From positions 30,070,001-30,134,000 of the forward strand of contig OZ024745.1 in the NCBI GenBank assembly GCA_964016885.1: a DNA stretch of 64,000 nucleotides, given 5' to 3'. The position numbers and the translations under genes were made by a program. Positions 1-12,194 of this stretch are shown here, in pieces (the stretch's first letter is position 1; every line of letters starts with the position of its first letter). The stretch comes from Eledone cirrhosa. Its lineage: Eukaryota. The notes beneath the pieces were generated by a model. The model made no database searches and was not told the origin of the DNA. It saw only the letters and a program-made list of their open reading frames with translations.

Positions 1-695
1 ATCACAGTAAGATTAACAAAACACTACACCTTAGCACGGTTACATCTAGACATGACAACAACACTAATAACCTTAACATCCCTTTAACAGCACCAAATAG
101 GGTGGATGGCCGCCCCGGCAGACGAAACCCACGTAACCGGGGCATGATTGGAGAATATACCGGCGACCCACACGCGTCACTCATGGGCAGCAGAACGGGC
201 TGCGGCGTGCGGAATAATAATGGTATAACACCGTACGCCTCGAGAGATAACAGTACCAACGACGGAGTTAGAGACATAGATAACAACATAGATAGCAATA
301 GTAATAGCTTTACTTTAGGAATTAGGAGAGACCGTGACGGAAAATGCAACTGTCGTGACAGGGGAGGCTGCCCTATCAGGGGAAACTGCCTGACTGATAA
401 AGTTGTTTATAGGTGCACCGTAACTAGCCATAGCGGAGTTAAACATTATCTGGCCAGTTTAAAACGAGATTTAGAACGCATTTCCACTCTTTCAGGAACA
501 AAAAATTAAGGCACTCCACATCGCTTGCCAACTACGTCACCACATTGCAAGATGCCAACATAAGCTTCTCCACACACTGGGATATTGTCAGTAGGGCTGC
601 ACCCTACAACTTCAGGGGGAAATGCCAGCTCTGCCTCATGGAGCTGTACTACATCATAAGAATACCCCATGAGCTCTTAAACAGCCGAGCAGAAT
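1..695 (+). mobile_element. Penelope-like element, 3' part (GIY-YIG endonuclease region), degenerate
   Basis: CNCR..GCPIRGNCLTDKVVYRC and WDIV..AAPY...KCQLCLME...LLNSRAE motifs, frameshifted. Confidence 0.8.
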
Positions 696-725
696 CACAG
701 CGACATCACAGAGCATGCACAGAGC

Positions 726-2493
726 ATGCACAGCGACATCTGCTCTGTGGTGAGAGTGAACAGTCACCTTTCGGAACCGTTCAACATCATGCGCTCGGTC
801 CGCCAAGGATGTCCCTTCTCGTCCCTCTTGTACGTATTGACTCTCGAGCCATTACTGCACAAACTGGAGACGTTGAGGGGCGTCCCGCGCGAACTAGGAT
901 GCGGAAGATCCGTGTCAGCATATGCGGACGATGTCACCGTAGTGGTGTCGAACGCCAAACACATCAAGGCGATCGGCACTACACTAAGAGAATAAGAAGC
1001 GATGACAGGAGCAATGATCAACCAGGAAAAGTCAGTGGGCCTGCAGCTCGGCACCTGGAGAGGCAGGTCCATGCCGTCCAACAGCGTCGTCGGACGCTGG
1101 ACGGACGGACCGGTTAAATTGCTAGGGGTCTGGTTCGGTCCGGACCTCCAGACGGACAAAAACTGGGACGAGGTGATGAGCAGGGTGGCTTCTCTCACCC
1201 AGAAATGGGCCAAGAGGAAGCTATCCCTGAAAGGTCGAGCGGAGGTGGCTAACGCATACATCGCGTCTGTCATCTGCTACCGCCTGACCGTCGTACCTTG
1301 TCCTAAGCCCCGCCTGACTGCGCTGGAGCGTTTCTCTTTCGCTTTTTGTGGAAGGGACGCGCTCCAATGGTCAGGCGGTCCATCTGTTGTCAACACCCGC
1401 TACGTGGAGGGCTGGGCATGCCGTGGCTGATGATGCGCAGACACACGCTCAGGCTACGACATCTCCACCTCTTCCTTGACGGTGATCAGATGTGGTCGCC
1501 GTTTGCTAGACACGTATTTCCCCAGCTCGTTTCCTTGACGAGAGGGAGTGCCTGGAGACTGGAATGTCTTCAGGTGCTCACAGCCCTCGACCAATCGGGC
1601 AATGTGATCGGTGGAAACTCCACCTCGGCGTTCTATAGAGGATTAGTGGAGGGGAAGAGCGACGACGTTCTTGGGGAAACTCTAGGCGTCGACGAAAATC
1701 AACTAGCCAATCTCTTCGGAAGAACTTTCGGGCCGGGGCCTATGGGCCTATCCCGAACTGGCAGTGCTACCGAGGAGCCTTGCCAGTTCGGGATAAACTC
1801 TACAGGCATGGAGGTGCTGTCAGTCGGGCATGTCCGAGATGCGCGCAGGGCGACGAAACCGTCCTGCACGCACTCGTCCAGTGTCCGAAAATTGCTGACT
1901 TGTGGGTTTATGTCGAACACCTGCTGTCGCGTGTAGGACGGATCCGGCTATCATCTGAGTCCATCGTGAGAATTGCCCTGCCCTCTTCCTTTAGCCGGGA
2001 AGGGCAGGCAGTTTTTATCTGTCTGGTGGCCATGGCGAAAGAGATAGTATGGTGGACACGTTTGAAAGGGCTGAAGACGAGCACTTACCTCTTCGGTGAT
2101 GCCCTGATTGACTTTTTCAAATTTCATTTGAAAAGGAAAATCAGAGTAGAGAGGGAAGCGCTATCTTCCCAGCATTTTGTTGAAAGATGGGTGAGAGAAG
2201 CAAGAATGGCCCGAGTGAATGGGCCTACTCTGAGTATGTATCTGTAAATTAAAGGTGGAAAACTGGGAGATGGCACTTGCCTTGGTGGTCAGGGTCATTG
2301 TGGCCTTTTACTGGGCTTTCTCCACAAATGTCCCTCCGAAGTCTCCCCCCTATTGGGGAATTTTTCATTGTTATTTTTTGTTACATCCTCTTTTTGTTTT
2401 TTACACGCAGAAATGCCCATTTGTACCGTCCTGTATTGTCCTGCACTGTCCTTAATGTCTACTTTATGTAAACCCTTGTGGTTAATAAAGAAA

Positions 2494-2528
<35 letters not shown>
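726..2528 (+). mobile_element. 5'-truncated Tx1/L1-clade LINE (RT, zf-RVT, 3' UTR, (ATT)n tail)
   Basis: VRQGCP.S, AYADD, LSLKGR, CPRC...ETVLHALVQCP; AATAAA then (ATT)n at ~2496-2528; absent at the equivalent sites 23671 and 47056. Confidence 0.88.
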
Positions 2529-2530
<2 letters not shown>

Positions 2531-4147
2531 TGTTGCTCCAGTTCACTCATTTGTAGAAATTAGTTGCAATGTCACTAGTGCCAACATGTATTGGCCTTTG
2601 CCTTTCTCTTGGACAACATTGGTAGAATGGAGAGGGGAGACTTATATGCATGGGAAATTGTTTGTCTTCCACATAAACACCATACCCAGGATGGTTCCTT
2701 GGAGGGGAAGTTTCTAGGTACAACTCCCATAGTCATTCATGATAGAAGGGGCTCTTTACCCTTTTTATATATCTATGTATGCATATAGTAAATTTCACAA
2801 AGAAAGTAGGAAATATGCAGGATGAATGTCTTCCTTCCAGGCAGCCCCTGGGCAATGCAATTTCGTACCAAAGGTTGGTATTGCATAATATTGAGATATA
2901 TAGGTTGCACTGCATATGAGACAACACAACATAGACAAAGAGGAGAACATAAATATATATGTATATATAAACCACAATTGAATATGTTATTGTCCCTCAT
3001 TAGACAATAGTGATCTGTAGACAGTTACACACATCTGTAAACAAACCTATATATTTACAACCACACATACACACTATAAGTTAAAAGGAAAAATATCATA
3101 ACCTCAAGGAAACCTCTACAATCCTTTTCCTTTCTTTCTTCCCCCTGTTCCCTCTTTTCCTTGAAATCCTGCAGAAATCAATTCTTTGACAAATTTTTCT
3201 CCCCCCACCCCAAGAATTCCCTTCAATCATGTTTATACATTTTTGTATTTTTATTTTACTTCCCTCCTTTCTTTTCTTGCCTTTATCTACAAACCCTAAA
3301 AACATACATGATAGAAACCTACATACATACACAGGTACACACTCATCACAAGACAAAAGAAAAGCTGTTTATTCCCTCTTAGATATTTTTAGTTCTTTTT
3401 ACAAATCCTGAAAATAACTTGACCTTTTGACACATTAAAACCCCACCTAAATGCACACTCACACTCACACTCACACATTAGAGAACAAAGAATTACCATC
3501 TAGAGTCTAGACCATTTTTATGAATAGAAAAGGAATTTTCTATTTAAACCAAGAGGATTTTCTATTGAATCAATTGGATCCTGATCTGTGGAACCCACTT
3601 CCTTGATCACAACTCCACTTTCACAAAGAACATTTATATATGAAATTTTGACAATAGATTCACATATGTTCCAACTGCCCACAAAATATGAGAACAAACT
3701 TTTTATTTATTATATGATAACATTGACATTCCAATCAAAACCAGTAATATTTGACACAATTTAAATCCATTTAATGTAAAAATTATAAAAAATATTCATT
3801 CTGTCAGATTAAAATGTTAATGCTGGTGCCATGATAAATGGCAACCAGTCCACTGGGTGTTGTGACAAAACTTACCCTCTGCTCACTGTAAGGTGTTTGG
3901 ACTGGTGCCATGACAAAAAAGCAACTAGTTCACTCTGTTAGATGGCACTGCCACAGTCATGATAAAATGCTACTGGTACCTGCATATCTAGTTGATATTA
4001 AGGAGAGCATTCGGCTTTAAAAACAATGCCAGAATGGAATGTATGAGCAAAAAACAGTCATCTGATCTTCCTAACCAGCCTGAGAAGGTGACAACTAACA
4101 CATTTAAGTATATAAAAGTAGACGTAATATGATAATGATAATAATAA

Positions 4148-4219
<72 letters not shown>

Positions 4220-4584
4220 TCATCATCATTTCATTTTACGTCCGCTTTTCCCTGCTTATATATATGTGTTGTTTCCTTGAGCAAGGCACTTTATTTCACA
4301 TTGCTCCAGTTCACTCAGCTGTAGAAATGAGATGATAGGGACTGGAGTCCCTATCATTCCACTGCAAAGTGGTCGTGGAGGTGCCACGGCAAAAAAGCAC
4401 CCAGCACTCACTGTAAATGAGGTTGGTGTTAGGAAGGGCATCTAGCTGTAGAAATCAAGCCAGAATCAGTTCCCGTCCCACCCTTGCAAGCAGGGAAAAG
4501 TGGACGTAAAATGAAATGATGAAAATGAAATGATATATATTCACACACACAAACACACGAATATATAAATTATATTAAACATAC

Positions 4585-4635
4585 CCTCTTCAGGTGTCAG
4601 TTCTACTTTTTTTCTCGAAGCAGCAAGTCGTATTG
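4585..4635 (-). CDS. Micro-exon A1, 51 nt, AIRLAASRKKVELTPEE
   Basis: ttag|CAATAC...GAAGAGG|gtatgt; phase 1-1; the other two frames contain stops. Confidence 0.85.
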
Positions 4636-5629
4636 CTAAAGTTAAACAAAATGGCTTAAATATCATTTGACACAACATATTACATTGACTTTAGCCCCTC
4701 ATTATATTATGTATATTTATAGATCAGTGATTTGCCTTCTTTATGAGGTTGAGTTCCAGTGATGCACTGGGGTCAATTTGATCGACATTCTACTCCCCCA
4801 AAATCTAAATCTGAAACCATTATGTATGGACCCATAACTCCTGATAGAGTCATAGAGACACTAAAGTAAGTTACAGAGTTTCTTGGGCATTTTGTTTAGA
4901 TCTGGTGGAGCCCATCCCCTCTCCAGGTCTGAATAAAAGGGAAGAGTGATAGAGACGAAGTGAGAAAGAGATATTGAGAAAATAAACACTAGTTTTAGAA
5001 AAAAAACTTTTTTTATCAACTGCGAAAGGTTGAATGGCAGAGTAGACCCTGGTAGGATTTGAACTTAGATCATAGAGAATCAGAAGAAATCCTGCAAACT
5101 ATTCTATCCAACATTCTAACAACTCTGCCAATTTGTTGCCTATGTTACGTTTATTATTAAAAATCAAAATCTTTAAATATATTTTTAAATCTGTGCTTCA
5201 CGATTTTTAGTTTTTGCCGATATTCTATGATTTGTGTAGAACTTTACCCCACTTTCGTGTAGTGCTTCCTGGACATCATTTCCTGCCCAACCTACTCTAC
5301 TATCATACCTTACAGTACCAATCAGGAGGATATACAAGTCAAATAGACTTCATCCTCACCATGAGACGAGACAAAAGGTTGTAAATACCAAGTTTTTTCC
5401 TGGGGAGGAATGTACCTCTCAACATAGATTGTCTTGGAAGGGGGTGCAGTGCAGCTGCCAGTAATGTATGTGTAGGGTGTGTGTGAAGTAGTAAAGTTGA
5501 GAATAACTGTTACGGAGTGCTAGTGGAAGGGGTGGGGGGAAGGTCAGGTCACTTTGTAAGTTAAAGTCTCTCTTTCACTATGTATATATATATATACACG
5601 CACAAATATATAAATTATATTAAACATAC

Positions 5630-5680
5630 CTTCTTTATGTGTCAGCACTCTTCTCTTTTCCAAACTAGCAATTAGTTTTT
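5630..5680 (-). CDS. Micro-exon B1, 51 nt, EKLIASLEKRRVLTHKE
   Basis: ttag|...|gtatgt, open phase-1 frame. Confidence 0.85.
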
Positions 5681-6145
5681 CTAAAGTTAAAACAACAAAA
5701 TAGTTTAAATATCATTTGAAACAACATATTACATTGATTTCCGCACTTAATTTTATTATGCACAAAGATCTTTAAATACATATTTAAATCTGTGTTTCTC
5801 AATTTCTATTTCCTGCCAATATTCTATGATTTGTGTATAAGTTTACCCAATTTTGGTGTAGTGCTTCCCAGACATCATTTCCTGCCCACCCTTCCCCACT
5901 ATCATACCTTACAGTACCAACTTGGTGGGTGGGTTTTTTACATCCCCTTCCTCCCTGTGTACTCTTCACCACTATAGTATATGAAATTTTACTGGAAACA
6001 TTATTTAGGGTACAAAAGACTTAGTGAAGGGTTGTGGCTACTACTGACTCAGGTATGGGGGATGACTACATACATTTGTGGGACAAATAAATAACAGATT
6101 ATAAAACATGTAAGAGCTTGACATGCATGTAAATCCCCAGAGACA

Positions 6146-7030
6146 TCTTTGACAACTGCATCATGGAATGTATGAACACTATTGGATTTACCAAGTTCAA
6201 ATCATCCTGAACATTGAACTGCCTTTATCTGTAAAGAGTTCCATTAATATCAATTGGATATTGTTTCTCTCTCTGAAACATGGCTATCTGAGGATGGTCA
6301 GATAGAGTAACCAGAATCAGGATACACATACTACAATGGCTGCTCAGAAAATGAGTGTCATGAATCCGGAGTTGGTTTTGCTCTAAGAACCTCTCTGTTG
6401 CAACATCTGCTGGAACTTCTGTATGGTATCTCCAATCAGATTATGACACATAGGTTGCCACTTCACTTTAACCACATTATGACTTGGGTCAGTGTGTATG
6501 CTCCAACTCTAGTAAGTCCCCAAGAAGGAATAGAGAAATTTTATGTGGATCTGTGATTAGTTTTGAAAAATGTAAAGATGGAAGATAAACCTGTAGTAAT
6601 GGGTGAATTGAATGCTTATATTACATGTGACTTGACTACATGGAGCAGCATAGGTCCTCATGGAATGGAAAAGTGTAATAGCAGTGGATTTCTTCTGCAG
6701 ATGTACCAAGAATTCGATCCTGTCATGGGAAACATGGGAACATCTGGCAACACCGATAATGTGTTAAGAGGATTTTAATGTGATGTGCAAGAGAGAAGAC
6801 TGCATTGGTAAGGACATGTGATGTGTATGGATGATGATGAATCCCAGTGGAGGGAAGCCACAGTAAAGGTAGACCTAGGGAAACTTGGGAAGAGGTGGTG
6901 AGGGCTGATCTCAAATCGCTGAGACTCACAGAGGGGATGAGAAAGTAATACAGCAAGTGGAGAGATGCTATGCTGAAAAAGAACCGTCCAACCTGTGCAA
7001 GCATGGAAAAATGGGCGTGATGGTGATGAT
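6146..7030 (+). mobile_element. Degenerate RTE-type LINE fragments (APE endonuclease piece joined to 3' end); paralogs ~27730-28350 and ~52560-53460
   Basis: ETW, GVGFA, SVYAPT, MG(D/E)LNA, IGPHG remnants; RRLHWYG motif in the paralog; (GAT)n tail. Confidence 0.7.
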
Positions 7031-7051
7031 GATAAATTTTATTAAACTCAC

Positions 7052-7102
7052 CTTCTTCAGTTGGCAGAAAAGTTCCTACACTTGCAGCAGCAAATAGTAT
7101 TT
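7052..7102 (-). CDS. Micro-exon C1, 51 nt, EILFAAASVGTFLPTEE
   Basis: ttag|...|gtgagt (donor variant that is still a consensus 5' splice site). Confidence 0.85.
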
Positions 7103-8614
7103 CTAATTAAAAAAAAATAATAATATCTTATATATCATTTGAAACAACATATTACATTGAGTTTTCCCACTCATTATATTATATTATATATGTTTGTGTG
7201 TGTTTATAGACCTGTACCTCCTGGTAGCGTCATAGGGGTGCTGTAGTGATATATGGCATTTCTTGGGCATTTTGCTTAAGCCTGATGGAACCTATTTCCT
7301 CTCCAGGTCTGAACACAATACATTTCTTCCAGAGTAAAGAAAGAGAGTGATAGAGAGGGTGTAGGAAAGAGACATGGAGGAAGAATCAACTCCAGCACTG
7401 GACTGATACAGTTTTTATTGACCTCGAAAGAATGACTGATAAAGTTGACCTCAGAGGAATTTGATCTCAGAGTACAGAGATCTGGAATAAATACTGCAAA
7501 GCATTCTATTCAATGTTCTAAAATATCTGCCAATTTGATACCTATATATGTATATATATATATATATATTTATACATATGAAAAAGTTATGTATGCATAT
7601 ATATATTTATATATATATATATGATAAAGTTATATCTGTATAAATGCTGTATTATACACCAATATGTATAAATATATACACATATCTGATATGTAGGCAT
7701 GTAAACAAGGTAGAAAGTTTCACTGTAAATTGAAAAAATGAGAAACACAATTGATTTCCAGATCTAATTGGACCCTCATCAAAAGGTATGTTTATCACCC
7801 AACCAACAACAAGAAAACATGCATTTGATGGGTATATATACTCACTTGCTCTTAGTATTATTCAGAAATGGATGTTCTAATTTGCATATAATTAGCATTC
7901 ATGTTGGTAATATATATATTAGGAAGTGTGCTAGCAGCCGAAGTGTACAATAAAGTTATATCTGTATATATACAGTATGTAACTGAGACTGCATCAATAT
8001 AATAACTCCTCTCCCCTCTCTCGAGTTGTTAAATGTTTTGAGGACCTTCTAAGCTGTTTCTAGCTTCATATGTCTTCTCATTAATAGCTATCGGGCACAT
8101 GCACAGGAAATTGGTTTGGTCATTCAAATGTTGTCAATGTTAGCAGTTGCTACTAAAGCTTGGGATTGGTGTGATATGACAGGATCTGTGCACATCTGTA
8201 AGTGTTATTGTTAACCTTGGCAACCTTTGAATGACTGCGCCAATATTGCATGTGGGCACCTGATATGGAATTATTCGTTTGCTTATTTCAGTCAGTCTGA
8301 CACTAGCAATACATGACCACATAAACTCCTCTCCGACGTTCCTTCAGTCTCCCTCTAATGATGGATGAGAAAGCCAAAATATAGGGGTTAATAAGGTAAC
8401 TTCATTGCTGGTTTTCATTTCATTTTACATTTCTTTTTCTTATTTCCTCCCCTCCTCTCAAATCTCAATTCCTCCTACTGCCACCTGATTTTGTTACATG
8501 GAGATTTACCCCTCTGCATTGTAGAGGCTTTCAAAAATGCCCATTTTTACTATTTCACAATGCTTCAAATAAACTTAAACACTCATATATATATATAAAT
8601 TATATTAAACGTAC

Positions 8615-8665
8615 CTTCTTCAGTTGAGAGCATTCCTTCTTTTTTTGCAGCCATAATTAGAATTT
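8615..8665 (-). CDS. Micro-exon D1, 51 nt, EILIMAAKKEGMLSTEE
   Basis: ttag|...|gtacgt, open frame. Confidence 0.85.
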
Positions 8666-8759
8666 CTAATGTTAAAAAAAATTAACATAATGGCTTAAAT
8701 ATCGTTTAAAACCACATATCACATTGAGTCCCCCCCTCATTTTATTATATATATGTATG

Positions 8760-9429
8760 CAGTGGAAGACTGGTAGGTTGCCAGGCAATGGCAAATGGGG
8801 CACTGCAGGGGCCCACTGAAGCATTTTAGGGGCCAATGCTTTGCTTTCAAAAAATATCTTTTAAAAAATGTCTCAGAGAAAGAATAAACATTATTTTTAA
8901 TATAATTAAATAAATAAGTAATGCATTTGGTCAAACAATTCCCTAGGGAATTAATAGAAACCAAAATATATGATAGTGCTAGCAGTTAGAGTCACTGGCT
9001 TACTGTATTCATTCATGTATGCATACATGGACACACATGCACGTATATATATATATATATATACTAGCAGAATGGCCCGGCCTTGCTCGGGATTCTAAAC
9101 ATAGATTGGCATGTTTATCCCTCCTTTCTGAAACAGTACAGAGAAGTACGGAATACCTCGGCCTCGGGATGGTGTCTACATTTTGTGCTTATAAAAAAAT
9201 TTGTCATTGATTACCAGGGTTTTAAAAATATCTCTACACGGATATATATAATTATATATATATATTAAAATAACAGATTAAAGTTTAAGCAAAGAATCGC
9301 TGCTTTCACCCTTAAAAAAATCAATCTGTGAACGCAGAAGTAAATATTTTGAAAAACGTTACACACACTATATATATATATATATAACGATGATGATGAT
9401 GATGATGATGATGATATATGTACACACAC

Positions 9430-9472
<43 letters not shown>

Positions 9473-10641
9473 TTAGCGTCATAATGTCGTAATGCAGACA
9501 GCCAGACATACAGACAGATATTATAAGGGCGCAACATTATGTCTATATATCTATCTAAAAAGAAAGACTAAGAATTATAGAGAGAGATCGCTAAATCGCC
9601 TAATGCGGTCCCTAGGGGATTGAAAATTTGAAATATGTTTTGCTCAAAACACTCACAGGACCATAAGTATTACATGTGTAAAGTTTGAAAACAATCGGTT
9701 GGGTGGTTCTCGAGTTTTAGGGAGTCAGACAGACATTCTCTGTTTTAGATTTATATATATATATATATATACACTTACACATAAACTCGAACTGCGATGA
9801 GCTGCTGGCCAAATAATTTTTGATATCAATGGGTTAAAGACATATGTAAAACCCTTACCATCCTCCATGGAAACGCCTTCTCTATTCGGGGCTGTGGGGA
9901 GGCCAGCACGTGGGACCCCATTTGCTCACCATATGGGGAGGGCGAGAAAGATGGAGGCGATGACAGTGGGAGTTCGGCTTTTCCACGTTCGGATCATATC
10001 ATTGTGGTTGTGTTCATTAAGCAGTTAATGAGTCTGTTTAAGTACAGTAATTATTATATTGCTTATGTATGTTTGAATAACACCATCAATTCATAGTGTT
10101 ATTTTACCAGTAACTATCCCCTTTGCCTTGAAGTTGTCATAATACAAAGGATTTTTATTAGTGGTCAGTTCTTCAGTCTAAAGTCCCCAGGAAGAATGAG
10201 TCAAACAATGTTTGTACAAGTTGAAAACATGTATGCATACATATGTATATAAATCTATATATACACATGTACACACATATACACACTCCCAGATATATAT
10301 ATTGAGAGAGTGTGAAAGACCAAAGTTCATTATTGAAAGTCCCTAGATGTGTATACTTTTTATTGGAGAAGGTAAGACATTCACAATTATTTAAAAATTC
10401 AATTATAACATTCTGTATTAACATTTAGTATTACTGTATACTATCAGTAATACGTACAGTATAATTAGTAAAAAATAAAAAAAATTTTCTGCAAAAATTT
10501 GATTGCACTGTTTTGTTTTCCCTTATGTATTTTTTGAAAATGTTATTTATTCATTATAAAAATTAAACGATAGCATTCTATATATGGGTGGGCCCCCTTT
10601 ATCTCCTGGCAACCAATATTTTTAGATCCAGTCCACCACTG
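8760..10641. mobile_element. Non-autonomous hAT-type DNA transposon with nested insertions
   Basis: TIRs CAGTGGAAGACTGG / CCAGTCCACCACTG (12/14 match), 8-bp TSD TATGTATG (8752-8759, 10642-10649); empty site in unit 2 (~29925). Confidence 0.75.
9063..9752 (-). mobile_element. Helitron-like non-autonomous element nested in the hAT element; related piece at ~55038-55262
   Basis: CTAGT terminus with adjacent CCCG...CGGG hairpin; other end CAGACAGACA...TTTATATA typical of such elements. Confidence 0.5.
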
Positions 10642-11635
10642 TATGTATGTATGGATGTATGGACTCATAATAAAGTCATTGTGACCTACAGCATTTCTTA
10701 AGCATTATGTTTAAGCTTGGCAGAAGCCATCTTCTCTTCAGAATGAAATAAGGCCAATTTCTTTCATAGTAAGAAAAGAGAGTGATAGAATGGAAGTGAG
10801 AAAGAGACATATAGAAAATCGACACCAGTACTAAACTAATAGTAACTATAACTTTTGATTTGTATGGAACATTATCCCCATTTTTTTTTCACTAGAGTAT
10901 ATATATACACCCAGTCTGCACTGAAAAGTAGTTCTATATGTGTCATGACAAAAAGCACCCAGTCCAAACTGTAAAGTGGTCATGTAGGTGTCATGACAAA
11001 AAGCACCCAGTACACTCTGTAAATGTGGTTGGCATTAGGAAGGGCATCCAGCCATAGAAATCAATAAAAAATCAGTTGTATGTGATCAAAACATGGTCCT
11101 CCGACCTGGATCTTTCACAATGAGTCAGCATGTCCGACCCTTTCTAGCATGAAAATGGATTTTAAACAATGATGATATAAACTATTATAAATAGTTTATC
11201 AACACAGTTGCTTGCTAACATATATAAAAATATTTGTGTTTGTACATAACATAAACCTCTCAGTTTCATTTGTCTATTCTATGGAAACTCATGCCACTGA
11301 ATATGTGTGTGTGTGTGAGCATGTGAGTATAGTGGTAGAGCTGGTGATATGACAAAATACATCCAGTTCTTAATCTAAGGAGATAGAAATGGTGACATAA
11401 CAAAAAACACCCAGCCGATTCTGTATGATGGTACTGCCAGAGTCATGATAAAATTTTCCCTGTACATGCCATAAACTGGATGACATTAAGAACGGCATTC
11501 AGCCATTGAAACCATGACAGAATGGAATGTATGAGAGTCATCTGACCTTTCTAACCAGCCTGAGAGGGTGACAACAGGTCTAACCCATGTAAGTATAGAA
11601 AAATAGACATAAAATGATAACAATAATAATGATGA

Positions 11636-11672
<37 letters not shown>

Positions 11673-11818
11673 AGTCTACATGTTAACACATATCTGAGGA
11701 GCTTCCAATTCCAGAGTCAGGTTCAATCATTAATTGATCATTCCTCGAGCTGATCGACAGTGAAACATATGAGATATATAATTAAATATGTGTATGATGC
11801 AACACTGATTCTTTGTTC

Positions 11819-11878
<60 letters not shown>

Positions 11879-11960
11879 ATATATATATATGTATATATAT
11901 ATATGTATATATATGTACACTTAAACATATATATATTATCTTAAATTATATCAAACATAC

Positions 11961-12008
11961 CTTCTTCTGGTGTTACCACTCCTGTTTTTATAGCAGCAAC
12001 TAGTACAT
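11961..12008 (-). CDS. Micro-exon E1, 48 nt, DVLVAAIKTGVVTPEE
   Basis: acag|...|gtatgt, open frame. Confidence 0.85.
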
Positions 12009-12194
12009 CTGTTGATAAAAAAAATTAACACAATGGCTTACATATCATTTGAAACAGCATATTACATTGATGTTCACCCCCTCATTTTATCGTATATATG
12101 TATGTATGGACACATACGTCCTAGTAGAATCATAGGGGTACTGTAGCGATATATTGTATTTCTTGGGTATTTCTTTTAAACTTGGTAGAGCTCA

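Noticed and set aside
4658-4688. Conserved upstream block as a snoRNA or miRNA
   Set aside because: No C/D or H/ACA boxes and no long stable hairpin; its fixed position next to the acceptor favours a splicing element.
8140-8340. Short ORF conserved in all three units (also 29338-29574, 54443-54625) as an additional exon or Tc1 remnant
   Set aside because: Similarity is explained by the unit duplication, no convincing splice sites were found, and the transposase resemblance is too weak to call.
8615-8665. Ankyrin or TPR identity of the repeat (L.AA.K.G resemblance)
   Set aside because: Period is 15-17 aa rather than 33-34 and there is no TPLH motif, so no family or gene symbol was assigned.
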